Source of the DNA: Octopus vulgaris
Taxonomy: Eukaryota
Direction of reading: 5' to 3'
DNA length: 64,000 nucleotides
Assembly: GCA_951406725.2 (NCBI GenBank)
Contig: OX597833.1
Span: 66,340,001-66,404,000, forward strand
Shown here in pieces: positions 43,922-57,050 of the stretch. The notes below the pieces were generated by a model. The model was not told the origin of the DNA. It saw only the letters and a program-made list of their open reading frames with translations, and made no database searches. The position numbers and the translations under genes were made by a program. Each line of letters opens with the position of its first letter. Positions within the stretch are counted from its first letter, which is position 1.

Positions 43922-44207
43922 AAAAAAAATATATATATATGTACATACGTATTTAGAGATCTACACAAAGTGGATATCGGGGTTTCCAAAACAAAACTGG
44001 ATCGCTTTCTGTCGTGAGTCCCAGATGAATCTACCTCGTAGCAGGAGGCGCAATTGAGGGCAGCAACATCAAACTCCCTTATTGACCAAATGCCACATAT
44101 CAGGGGAGGCTCTCAATAATAACATTGTAGCAAAACGGCTGTGCTCCATCACGGCCGCAGCTTTGAGCTGAAACCGATAAAAGAATAAAAGAAAGTAGGA
44201 ATATATA

Positions 44208-44413
44208 TGGTTCCGAGTTCAGTCTCACTGCGTGGTACCTTGGGCAAGTGTCTTCTAATATGGCCTCGGGTCGATCAAAGACTTGTGAGTGGATTTCGTA
44301 GACGGAAACTGAAAGAAGCCCGTCGTATATATATATATACTGAAACATGTTATAATGTATATATAAAAATTAAAAATTGTATAATACAGCAGCATTTTCG
44401 AACTTCATTTTTT

Positions 44414-44487
<74 letters not shown>

Positions 44488-44698
44488 ATGTGCTTGTGTG
44501 TCTGTGTTTGTCCCTGTTTCATCGCTTGACAGCCGACGCTTGCGTCCCCGTAACTTAGCGGTTCGGTAAATGAGAGCGATCGAATAAGTACTAGGCTTAA
44601 AAAAGAATAAGTCGTGGGGTCGAATTGTTCGAGTAAAGGCAGTGCTCCAGTATGGCCACATTCAAACGACTGAAACAAATAAAAGAGTATAAGAGTAA
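44208..44698 (+). mobile_element. SINE family A, 5'-truncated, with internal expansion
   Basis: Family consensus. Confidence 0.85.
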
Positions 44699-45312
44699 AG
44701 TGTACGTACGTATGTATGTATGTACTTACATGGCCAAAATACGAAACCACGTGAAGCAAATGCAAATTGAAGCAGTCGAGCCGCCATGCCTGCGAAGTGT
44801 GATATATATGTATGAACGAGAAGCGTCACACCTTTTCGTGGACGAAATAGCCGAGACATTGAACTGTATAAATCGATGTATGAACGGATGTGGCAAAATT
44901 TTAAAGCATTTCCCCTGTGGCATAACATAATAAATGGACGTTACTAAAGTTGAGCTAGTGTTTGACCAAGTTTTTCCTATGAAGTTATGATATCGACTGC
45001 GAAGATTCTCGCCGTCAATTATCATTCAAAGCACTCTCTCACATTCAGACACATGAGTCTCACCCCCCGCCCCGCCAAACCACACACACACACACACACA
45101 CACATTCGCTCGCACGTATACAGCCACAGGCACGCTGCCACACATGCGCAGAAACGTACACAAAGATAAAATGTACGTAGATTTATACACCTCACGCACT
45201 CATACGCATTGAGCTACAGAAGATATATAAACTGGCATGCACACACAGACACACACACATGCATGTATGCTTGCATGTATATACATACATACATACACAC
45301 ACACACACGCTC

Positions 45313-45383
<71 letters not shown>

Positions 45384-45385
45384 GC

Positions 45386-45469
<84 letters not shown>

Positions 45470-45759
45470 TATATATGCATATATATGCCCCAGGTGCCAC
45501 GCAGTGGGACTGAACCCGGAACCATGTGGTTGATAAGCAAGCTACTTACCACACAGCCACTCCTGCGCCTATGTATAATTTATAAATACATACATATATA
45601 TATGTGTATACATATATATATATGTATAGACATATGCACACACACAAACACACACACGCACGCACACACACACACATACATGTATGTATATATGTATGTA
45701 TATATATATCGTTGTGGTCGGTGTATTACCATGTGTCCGATAATCTATTTGGTTTCTTC

Positions 45760-46035
45760 TTGACCACTTCTTCCTCTCTGTCCTTCTTCATGCCTCTGAT
45801 CTCTAATGAGGCCGAGTCTTGCATGGAAGCGTCTGTTGCAAAGTTCACAACGGGTCCCTGGAAAGGCTTCCGTTGTGGCAGCCTCCATTTTCTTTCTTGT
45901 CGATTCTCTTCCTCTTTCTTCTGCCGTTAAGATTTAAATTGATTTGTCACACCGGAGATGGAATGATACCAGCCGGGCCTATCCTGAGCTTCAGTGTCCC
46001 AGGTTTTGGGATCGATTCCAGTCAGTTTTAGGCTT
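45760..46035 (-). mobile_element. RTE-like LINE ORF2 C-terminus
   Basis: Minus translation LTGIDPKTWDTEAQDRPGW...KKEEENRQERK and CELCNRRFHARLGLIRDQRH (RTE terminal Zn-finger-like motif). Confidence 0.75.
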
Positions 46036-46933
46036 TGCTTCAGCTGATCCTTGTATCAGTCTCCCACAGTTTACATTTCCCAAATTCATTCACAAGGCAT
46101 TGGTTGGTTCTGGACCAAAGTGGAAAATACTTGTCCAAGGTGCCTCACAGGAGGATTTGATCTGAAACCGCATGATAGCGAAGTGTGCTTTTTAACCATC
46201 AAACCATGCCGGCGCCTAGAGCCATGGCTGCATCTAGAGTCATGGCTGCGCCTATAAAATTTTTAACATCACCTGAAGAATCGAACGTCGCGTCTGCCAC
46301 CAACCGTATCGCTGTGCTAACCACTGCATTAATGCAGTGTCACATCCATGTATTCTTTTTTAAAAAGTTCATTAATTAACCGACAGAAAAAGAAAATGTA
46401 TTCGTTTATAGACTGTTATAACTTGAGGCGAAATTATTTGAGCGGTAATGGATATGATCTGTGAATTAATTAATAGAAATGTGGATTAATTAAGAGAAAT
46501 AAGTTTGAAGGAGGTTGAAATCCACTTATCACGCCAACTAGAATTAAATCTATTATGAAGTCTCTTAAACGATGACTCGGTAAGTTATTTACAACCTACT
46601 GTCTGACAAGAAATAAGATGTAGGATGGGATACCGTGAAAATATAATAGCTGTGTCATTGTCTGTCAGTCTGTCTGTCTGTCTTTCTCTATCTAGGTTGT
46701 CTCTGTCTGGGGAACACGGGGTTAGAGAGAACGAGAAACATAGAGGATGAAGGATGGTGCTAATGGCAGCCGTATGCAAGTGTGGAGGCAACGTATGTGG
46801 TTTTTCATCCTCTTTCAGTTTCTCTTTAATCTTTTATTACTTCTCTTTCTTTCTGTCTGTTCGTCTGTCTATCAGTCTGGCGTTCACACACATAATGGAA
46901 AATAGAAAGACAGAGAATGAATGACACACATTA

Positions 46934-47011
<78 letters not shown>

Positions 47012-47187
47012 GGAAAAGAGCGATGGTGATGACTGTAGGAGTACGTTTGCGTGACATCAGCCTCTCTGTTATTCTAATTTTAGCCTGTTTTTTGCATATA
47101 TTCGAGCTTTTTGCTTTAGTTAATGATATCTATGCCTGAACCATCCTCCTTCTCCTCCTCCTCCCCCTCATCCTTTCTCTCCCCTAA

Positions 47188-47236
<49 letters not shown>

Positions 47237-48237
47237 GTATACAAACATACAATTACACACAGTATAATATAATATAATATAATATAATATAAATGAATAA
47301 CAACTAGTTCTTTGTAGAATACCACTAAATAAACAGCACAAGGAATTTAAAGAATAATATCGGATTAAAGTATGTTGGCTGTATCATTTAATGTTAAATC
47401 AGTAATATTTTACAACATTGTACGATGGAAAATCTGCGTACACTTAATACTAAAGAACACTGCAAATGATTGCGTTTGTTTTTTTTGACCCGAGTTTCAA
47501 ACCACTGCTATCAAAACAATCGCTCTTTTCTCTCTATGTATCAACATCTTTCCCTTAATATCTCTGTCATGTTCTTTGTCACTGTTACACTGTAATAGCG
47601 AGCCACACACACAAAATGATTAACGGTGCACTGAAAGAAGAAGAATAACAGAGAGGTTGATGCCACACAAACGTGTCCTGCTATCATCACCACCGGTCTC
47701 CTCCCTCACTTCCTCTGTATCTGTCTCTTGATGTGCGACAGTCATTCTCTATTTTTTAAATATTTCATTGTGTCCGCTTCTGCCATTTTCTGACACAAGA
47801 TCCACTAAATTTGGGGGAATTAACGGATTAAATATGCCCAATTATTTCACGTGTACTTTGTTACATCGACTCCGGTAGACTGAAAGACAAAGGTGGTCTC
47901 GGCTGTATTCGAATTTAAAACAAAGAAGCACAACGAAAGTCTCCAAGACATTTTTTCCGATGTTCTAACTATTCTACTAAAAAATCGAAATTCTACTCCC
48001 CTTCCTCTTTCTCCTCCTCCTCACCTTCCTCATCTGCCTCCTCTTTTTTCATCACCTTAGTAGTCTTCCACACCTTCCGCCTGTTTTTCTTTACCTTCCT
48101 CTTCTCCTCCACCTTTCTTCCTCCTCCTTCTCTACCTGCTCTTCATCATCATTGTCATTAATGTATTTCCACTCTTCCTCCTCTTCCTCCTCCTCCACCT
48201 CCTCCTCCTCATCATAATCACCGCCGCCGCCTCCGCC

Positions 48238-48399
48238 ACAACCAGCACCAGCACCACCCGCACAACCACCACCACCACCACCACCACCACCACCACCACC
48301 ATCACCACCATCACCACCACCACCACCACCACCACCACCACCACCATCACCACCATCACCACCACCACCACTACTACCAACAGCACCACCAACTCCAGC

Positions 48400-48430
<31 letters not shown>

Positions 48431-48522
48431 CCACCACCACCACCACCACCACCACCACCACCACCACCACCACCACCACCACCACCACCACCACCACCAC
48501 CACCACCACCACCACCACCACC

Positions 48523-48553
<31 letters not shown>
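48238..48553 (+). repeat. (CAC)n microsatellite
   Basis: Visible repeat. Confidence 0.95.
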
Positions 48554-49239
48554 GCTACAGCAAAGTGACATTATACTCTTTGTAAACAAAACAATTCACT
48601 AATCAGTCGAGATCAATATTTAATCAATTTCCTGTGATTTGGTCATCAATAAATCATTGATCAATATCGAATTTCCGAGTGAAACAACACAACAGGAAAT
48701 TCACACATCCGCCATATTGGTTTTGCAATATCATTGTTGTTGTTGTTGCTGATTTACTCCCAGGTAAATCCTGACCGTGCAACACGTCCGTGACCACCCT
48801 CGCCTCGAACTTACTCTATCAAATGTAACCCCTGATTTTTGAGACCCCTTGCTGGGGGATATGATATTTAGGAAGGTTTAGCTCAGCTATAAGCAATTTG
48901 CGGTCTGCGAGACTTCCTCAATGGTACGCCTCACGAAAAATTATCTTGGGAGTGGCTGTGTGGTAAGTAGCTTGCTTACCAACCACATGATTCCGGTTCA
49001 GTCCCACTGCATGGCACCTTGGGCAAGTGTCTTCTACTATTTGTGCTGAATTTTATTTTATTTGAGAACATAATCTTTGTGGAGAATGGCGATTTGACGT
49101 CTACATCTAGCATGTTGACTGTCCACTTTTCGTGTTCAGTCCTTAATTGGCATATATAAATATTTTAATCTTCGGATTCTTTTTAATATGCTAGTCCACA
49201 GGTTTTAATTGACTAATATCAATTTCTACCCTTAATTAA

Positions 49240-49486
49240 TTTTATATATATATATATAAAAGGCAGTTTGTCTGTCTGTGTGTCTGTCAGGATGTACCCT
49301 CACCCTGACCACGGCTTTCAACCGATTCTGATGAAACTTGACACACACATAGCCCAATGTCATAATTCAAAACTAACGCAGCGAAAATTTTGAAAAGTTC
49401 ACCCAGTTCTGAAAAAAATCGATAAATTCGACATGTAAAAAGGTAACGGGCATTGCATACCCGGGCAACGCCGGGCTATGCTGGTA

Positions 49487-49487
<1 letters not shown>
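49240..49487 (+). mobile_element. short non-autonomous Helitron
   Basis: tatataaaaggcagtttgtctg start; hairpin cccgggcaacgccggg; degenerate GTAG end; 5' part shared with 63267-63651. Confidence 0.7.
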
Positions 49488-49535
<48 letters not shown>

Positions 49536-49539
<4 letters not shown>

Positions 49540-49740
49540 TGTGTGCCGTTGGCGATTTTTTCCCCTCCGTCTTCCCTTCTCTGGATCTTTCCTTTTCCTA
49601 TGTTTCTGACGAAGAGTTCCGCTCGAAACGTTAAACCCTCCTTCTTTCCTTCTTTCCTGAGCATCCAATAATACTATACTTGTTCCACGTCCTCGCGATG
49701 TTGTGTTTTCTCTTTGTGTTTTCATGTTTGGATTAACTAT
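49536..49740 (+). mobile_element. ~200-bp non-coding unit in (TA)n with minimal HHR (49602-49636)
   Basis: gttt CTGACGA a gagt tcc gctc GAAA cgtta aac; (TA)n on both sides. Confidence 0.7.
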
Positions 49741-49748
49741 ATATATAT

Positions 49749-49914
49749 AGGCGCAGGAGTGGCTGTGTGGTAAGTAGCTTGTTTACCAACCACATGGTTC
49801 CGGGTTCAGTCCCACTGCGTGGCACTTTGGGCAAGTGTCTTCTACTATAGCCTCGGGCCGACCACAGCCTTGTGAGTGGATTTGGTAGACGGAAACTGAA
49901 AGAAGCCCGTTGTA

Positions 49915-49971
<57 letters not shown>

Positions 49972-50195
49972 TTATGTGTATGTGTGTGTGTTTGTGTGTC
50001 TGTGTTCCTCCCCCTAGCATTGCTTGACAACTGATGCTGGTGTGTTTACGTTTCCCGTCACTTAGCGGTTCGGCAAAAGAGACCGATGTAATAAGTACTG
50101 GGCTAACAAAGAATAAGTCCCGGGGTCGAGTTGCTCGATTAAAAGGCGGTGCTCCAGCATGGCCGCAGTCAAATGACTGAAACAAGTAAAAGAGA
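49749..50195 (+). mobile_element. SINE family A, full length
   Basis: Family consensus. Confidence 0.92.
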
Positions 50196-50227
50196 TAAAA
50201 TATATATATATCTACACGCACACACAT

Positions 50228-50258
<31 letters not shown>

Positions 50259-50757
50259 GAGAGAGAGTTAAGTTCGGTTTATCTATCACCATAGTGATAG
50301 ATAAACATGAATCCGTCAACTTCCTAGATGTTAGCTTTAATCTAATTACTAATATTTACAAGCCTTATCGTAAGCCTAACTCTAATCTGAAATATATTAA
50401 TTCAGAAAGTAATCCTCGAAGCTGTGCTAAAAAATTTCTAATTTACAATATTTCTAGAAGAATTTCTGCCTTATCTTCTTGTGAGGAAGTTTTCGATAAG
50501 AATTCTGATTACTATAATATAGCCCTTAAAAAGGCCAGTTACAGTAGGAAAATTGAATACCGAGATTTTTCTAGCAATGTTTATACTGGTAAATCGAAAC
50601 TTACTAGTAATGGATTCGATTTTAAATGTTCCAAATCTGAATGGAAGGGTAAATATAAATCAGGGAATAACAATAATGAGAGTAATCCTTTAATTCCAGT
50701 GACTAATGATCGGAAATATAATTATAATTAAGTGTTAAAAGGTTATAATTCTAAGAT

Positions 50758-50979
50758 CGCCATGTTGATTCGCTAGCTTCTGCACGCATTTTTTTCTCTC
50801 CTTTTTTTTTCTCTCCTTGTTTCTCTCCTTGTTTCTTTTCTGTGTATCTTTCTGTCAAAGAGCGTAGGCTCGAAACGTAAAAGACTTGTTTTATTTATAT
50901 TCTTGAGCGCCATACTAATACAATTGTTTGTTTGTATTCCACCTGCCTTCGTCTTTTGTTTATTTTCATAAAGGTTCCC
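50758..50979 (+). mobile_element. 222-bp insertion with degenerate HHR (50847-50884) and 16-bp TSD
   Basis: gttataattctaagat at 50742-50757 and 50980-50995; tcttt CTGTCAA a gagc gtag gctc GAAA cg TA aaaga. Confidence 0.8.
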
Positions 50980-51361
50980 GTTATAATTCTAAGATGGTCT
51001 ATAAGGTGAATAATTTAGGTAATTCTCATTTAGTTTCGAACAAGAACATTATATGGTATGTTATTCCCTTTGCCAGTCAATTTAAAAATTAACTTTGTTG
51101 GGGTGGTGCATAAATTGTTTTTAAAACACTTCAATAAAAAAAGTAGGTATTATGAGATTTTGAACCTGAGATTCATTAAGGCTGCTTTTTCTGTCTCTCG
51201 GAATTTATCTCAGATTATTTCTTCTATTAATGAAAAGAAATCATCTGGTTTTTATCTTCGAGATAACTTGTTTGGTTTTTAGCGAGATAAATTCCATTCG
51301 TACCAATGTTAATGATTTTCTCAATAGCCAGTTTGGTAGCGAGGGTTTGAATTCTAATATA

Positions 51362-51961
51362 TATTTCTTTATTGCCCACAAGGGGCTAAACATAGAAGGG
51401 ACAAACAAGGACCAGACAAAGGGATTAAGTCGATTATATCGACCCCAGCGCGTAACTGGTACTTATTTAATCGACCCCGAAAGGATGAAAGGCAAAGTCG
51501 CCCTCGGCGGAATTTGAACTCAGAACGTAAAGACAGACGAAATACCTATTTCTTTACTACTCACAAGGGGCTAAACACAGAGAGGACAAACAAAGACAGA
51601 CAAACGGATTAAGTCGATTATATCGACTCCAGCACGTAACTGGTACTTAATTTATCGACCCCGAAAGGGTGAAAGGCAAAGTCGACCTCGACGGAATTTG
51701 AACTCAGAACGTAAAGACAGAGGAAATGCCTATTTCTTTACTACTCACAAGGGGCTAAACACAGAGAGGACAAACAAGGACAGACAAACGGATTAAGTTG
51801 ATTATATCGACCCCAGCGCGTAACTGGTACTTATTTAATCGACCCCGAAAAGATGAAAGGCAAAGTCGACCTCGGTGGAATTTGAACTCAGAACGTAACG
51901 GCTGACGAAATACCGCTAAGTATTTCACCCGGCGTGCTAACGTTTCTGCCAGCTCACCGCC
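51362..51961 (-). mobile_element. SINE family B trimer with 16-bp TSD
   Basis: One head plus three ~185-bp bodies; tttgaattctaatata at 51346-51361 and 51962-51977. Confidence 0.92.
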
Positions 51962-52458
51962 TTTGAATTCTAATATAAGTTGCAATAATAGTGGGAGGAA
52001 TAGATTTTTACTTAATGATAATTCAATTGTCGACGGTTCAAGTAGGGGTGAAAATTCTCTTTGTGATTGTGGAAACAAAGAAAATTGCTTATTTGATAAT
52101 TTTTGTAAACGCAGGGAAGTAGTTTATCAAGTTCAAGTTATTTCTGAAGGTAATGGTTACATTTATATTGGTTCTACAAATTATATTAAGAGAAGGGTTT
52201 CGAATCATTACCATTCATTAAGCAACAGGAATAGGGCTTCTTCTACAAGTCTTAGTAATTTCATTTGGAATCTTGAAGATAATAAAACGTTCTTTATTGA
52301 ATGGAGCATTTTATAGACGGTCTTGGCTTATAGGAATGGTAACAGGTTCTGCTCTCTTTGTTCTGAGGAATTGTTTTCGATTTTATTTTCTAGGAGAAGG
52401 CTGCTGAACTCTAAATCTGAAAGGAGTTTTTTTCTGTGTTCATAGGAATTAATGTGTG

Positions 52459-53650
52459 ATTAAAAATTTTAACAAAGAAGTCCATTATGGGTTTTTTATT
52501 CCATCGTATTTTATTGTTGATTCAGCGGTTATTGAAAGTATGTTTCACTCTTCGTATTTACTACTCAAGTTGGTTCCTCTCGTATTGGTTTAAAAAAAAT
52601 TTAAATTAAAATTCTTAAGATATTTTGAGTGTTTTCATTTACGTTCAGGCGCAGGAGTGGCTGTGTGGTAAGTAGCTTGCTAACCAACCACATGGTTCCA
52701 GGTTCAGTCCCACTGCATGGCATCTTGGGCATGTGTCTTCTGCTATAGCCCCGGGACGACCAATGCCTTGTGAGTGGATTTGGTAGACGGAAACTGAAAG
52801 AAGCCTGTCGTATATATGTATATATATATATATATATAAGTGTGTGTGTATATGTTTGTGTCTGTGTTTGTCCCCCTAGCATTGCTTGACAACCGATGCT
52901 GGTGTGTTTACGTCCCCGTAACTTAGCGGTTCGGCAAAAAGAGACCGATAGAATAAGTACTGGGCTTACAAAGAATAAGTCCCGGGGTTGATTTGCTCGA
53001 CTAAAGGCGGTGCTTCAGCATGGCCGCAGTCAAATGACTGAAACAAGTAAAAGAGTAAAAGAGTAAAAGAGTAAAGAGTAAAGAGTTCGTCTGTTATTGT
53101 GAGGCGGTGGGTGGGTGGGTTTTACATTTAATTATCTTGCAACCGTTTCGATTTTTTTGTTTATTTATTTATTTACTAATTGACCCCATGCCGTCAAAAT
53201 TGACGGCTAATTGTAGTGTTTTTGTATTTAGATAAGGTACAAAATAAGGTACAATAAAAACATTCCCTTCAAAATGAAAAGGACCACGTGGTTATTATTG
53301 TACCTTATTTTGTACCTTATCTAAATACAAAAACACTACAATTAGCCGTCAATTTTGACGGCATGGGGTCAATTAGTAAATAAATAAATAAATAGAAAAA
53401 ATCGAAACGGTTGCAAGATAATTAAATGTAAAACCCCCACCGCCTCACAATACGTAAATGAAAACACTCAAAATATCTTAAGAATTTTAATTTGAATTTT
53501 AAAAAAAACCAATACGAGAGGAACCAACTTGAGTAGTAAATACGAAGTGTGAAACAGTGTTTATTATACTTTCAATAACCGCTGAATCAACAATAAAACA
53601 AGATGGAATTAAAAAAACCCATAATGGACTTCTTTGTTAAAATTTTTAAT
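52459..53650. repeat. ~355-bp inverted repeat at the PLE 3' end; left arm split by a SINE
   Basis: 52459-52646 plus 53093-53257 is the reverse complement of 53295-53650. Confidence 0.88.
52647..53085 (+). mobile_element. SINE family A inserted in the left inverted-repeat arm
   Basis: Family consensus; absent from the right arm. Confidence 0.92.
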
Positions 53651-53657
53651 ATGCATA

Positions 53658-54156
53658 TCTTTATATATAAAAGTGAAGTTGTGTGTCTGTCTCCTACAAT
53701 ATAGATTCCTAACTACTCCCACATTTTGCGGTGCAGTTTAACCAAAACCGGGTATCTTATACTTGTGATTCATATCGAGCCCTTCTGGGTATTAGCGCGC
53801 GTCTACGATGAGTCTACGATTTAAAAAAACATTTACCATAATTTTTTTCCATTTTAATGCATTTTTTCGCTATTATATAAGGGAAGTAACTCTCTAAAAA
53901 TGTCTACGATGAGTCAACGATTTAAAAAAAGAATTACCATAATTTTTTTCCATTTTAATGCATTTTTTCGTTATTATATAAGGAAATAACTCTCTAAAAA
54001 TGTCTACGATGAGTCCAACGATTTAAAAAAAAATTACCATAATTGTTTTCCCATTTTTAATGCATTTTTTTGCTATTTTTTGGCTATAACTCTCTAAAAA
54101 TGCTTATATAGTTATTTCCCTTACAAACCCGAGCCAACGCCGGGCGATACTGCTAG
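53658..54156 (+). mobile_element. non-autonomous Helitron with three internal ~100-bp tandem repeats
   Basis: 5' TC, 3' hairpin plus CTAG, A|T site; gtctacgatgagtc..acgatttaaaaaa..taactctctaaaaatg repeated three times. Confidence 0.82.
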
Positions 54157-54610
54157 TATTGTTATAAGGGTCTTTTTGTTATAATTTTGTTATATATATA
54201 TATTTTTGATTTCTTATTTCACCTCTCCCCCTCTATGAAACCCGTTTGTTTTGTGTGGATTGTATATTTCTTCATCGTTTCATCATATTGTCTTCAATGG
54301 CTTATGCTCTTGGGACTGGAAAAAGAAATCCCCAACAGAATCATCATCATCATCATCATTATCGTCGTCGTCTTCGTCGTCGTTGTCATCATCATCATCT
54401 TTGTTGTTCTTATTATCTTGCAACGCATATACATACATACATACATATACATACATACATACATACATATATATGTATGTATATGTATATTCAAACATAT
54501 AAGGGATGGCCATAATAGGACATCCGACTCACTAGAAAGAGCAGCTAAACTCCAAACCACTAATAGTTGTAATTCTGAAATGGAAAGAGAAATAAAAACA
54601 TTTACCCTCT

Positions 54611-54696
54611 CCTTTCTGGACTATGCATAGTTTCGGCAAACTTTTGTAAATAAAATTAATTTATTTACCACTGGCGTTGCCTCGTCAGCAGAAAAG
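54611..54696 (-). ncRNA. canonical type-I hammerhead ribozyme
   Basis: cttttctg CTGACGA ggcaa...ttgcc GAAA ctatgcatag TC cagaaagg: intact core, GUC triplet, all three stems pair. Confidence 0.88.
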
Positions 54697-54764
54697 CCAA
54701 GGACTACCATATATTCAGATTTTTCTAGAATTTTTTTTGCTACCCTAAAATTTATTAATATATG

Positions 54765-54827
<63 letters not shown>

Positions 54828-54833
<6 letters not shown>

Positions 54834-55107
54834 TGTTGTTCCCGGGAAGAGTCATTTTCTTTTTGTGCCTTATAATTTAACACACTCACCGGTAAAATTT
54901 CCACTTATATCTTATTTTTAGAAATTTTAAAATTTCCACTTATTTTTTATTTTTAGAAATTTTAAAATTTCCACTTATTCTTATTTTTTAAAAATAAAAA
55001 TAAAAACAAAAATAAAAATAAGAAATAAGCGGAAATTTTACCGGTGAGTGTGTGTTAAATTATAAGGCACAAAACGAAAATAACTCTCCCCAGACACAAC
55101 AGAATAT
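54828..55107. repeat. inverted repeat (~80-bp arms) with internal short tandem repeats
   Basis: ttttgtgccttataatttaacacactcaccggtaaaatttcc versus ggaaattttaccggtgagtgtgtgttaaattataaggcacaaaa. Confidence 0.85.
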
Positions 55108-55159
55108 GTTTCGACACACGGACTGACATAAAGAATCTTGCAAACCAAATCCCCAAACG

Positions 55160-55207
<48 letters not shown>

Positions 55208-55352
55208 CACACAATACTTTCTGAATTCTATATGCATACTTTAGTTATATAGCCGTCTCCCCTAGCGTTATTCAGCAACTGTAATTAGATATATAATACA
55301 ATGCTATATACTGAATAGTATATTATATATATACACACAATATAATACACTA

Positions 55353-55502
<150 letters not shown>

Positions 55503-55567
55503 TATATATATATATATATCTACATACATACAGGCATATATATATGCACATATGTGCATATGTATAA

Positions 55568-55604
<37 letters not shown>

Positions 55605-55990
55605 CATAGATACATACATATATACATACTCACACACACATATATATATATATATGTATATTAACAAAAATATATATATAATATATATATATCCAATACT
55701 TACCGAAGCAATTGTGTATTATTTCAGTTGCTACCAATTCCAGATCGAATCATTGAACACATTTCGTATATGTCACATTGATTTAAACTCGATATATCTT
55801 CGAGTCGACATAATTACCGTTGCCTCTCACCTCACTTCTGCTCGCCATTGCAGTCAGTCACTCGGTATTTGCCGTGTCAAGAAATATTGACAAAACTTGG
55901 CGTTTTCATTGTGTTGGATTAAGTTAGGCTTGTTATGTGCGATGTAGTGCGCGCTTGTGGGTGGTGGGCGTGGTGGAGAGAGATGCCTGG

Positions 55991-56027
<37 letters not shown>

Positions 56028-56212
56028 GTGTGTGTGTGATAGTTTGTGTAACGGTGTCTATGTCGAGCGGTTTTGTGTGTTGTCATGTGATCGCTGTTCT
56101 AACACGAACGTTATGTGTAAGATGCGATGCGGGCGAAAGTGTGACGTGAGGTCTTTTATGTTAAGTGCAACGGAAGTTTGTTGTTGTGAAGTTAAAACTT
56201 GCCACCATGACT

Positions 56213-56277
<65 letters not shown>

Positions 56278-56854
56278 CCACACACACACAACCAAACACG
56301 CACGCACACGCACACATAACCACATGTCCACCCACACAAGCACACACACAAGCACACAACCACACTCACACACACAACCTCACACACACAACCAAACACG
56401 CACGCACACGCACACATAACCCCCACCCCCGCCCACCCCCCCCCACACACACGACACACACACACAACACACACAAACACACAACCACACACACAACCAC
56501 ACACACACACGCACACGCACGCACATACATACACACAACATACACAGCGCACACAACACATCACACGCACGCACACAACACACACACAACCACACACACA
56601 ACACAAACACACAAACACAACCCACAGCCTACACACACAGCACACACAGCCCCCCTCACACACACAGCACACACAGCCCCCCCCCACACACACAGCACAC
56701 ACACATAACACGCACATGTACACTTATAAACATGAGAGTGAAAGGATGTATTTTTTATAAGTATATAAGCTATGAAAATACACCGAAAAAAGGCTCACCA
56801 CGAGTGTCGAGTCAAATATTTATGCCCCTGTTTTCAACAATATATGAAAGAGTA

Positions 56855-57050
56855 AGGCGGTGAGTAAGGCAGAAACGTAAGCGATCCAGGAAAATGCTTG
56901 GCAGCATTTCGTCCGTCTTTACGTTCTGGGTTCAAATTCCGCCAAGGTCGAGTTAGGCTTCCACCATTTTCGAGCTCGATAAAATAAGAACCAGTCAAAC
57001 ACTGGAGTCGATGTAATCGAAAGCGCCCCTTTTTCCGAAACTGTGGGCCT
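56855..57050 (+). mobile_element. degenerate SINE family B
   Basis: ggcggtgag..ggcagaaacgt...gttcaaattccgccaaggtcga. Confidence 0.75.

Larger units (their letters stand above)
50270..52450 (+). mobile_element. decayed PLE (RT thumb plus GIY-YIG endonuclease) with two nested insertions
   Basis: VNFLDVSFNLITNIYKPYRKPNSNLKYIN; CDC...CLFDNFCKRREVVYQ...YIGST...RRVSNH...STSLSNFIWNL...WSIL. Confidence 0.88.

Noticed and set aside
51362-51961. CRISPR-like array
   Set aside because: Whole units repeat with no unique spacers; eukaryotic SINE multimer
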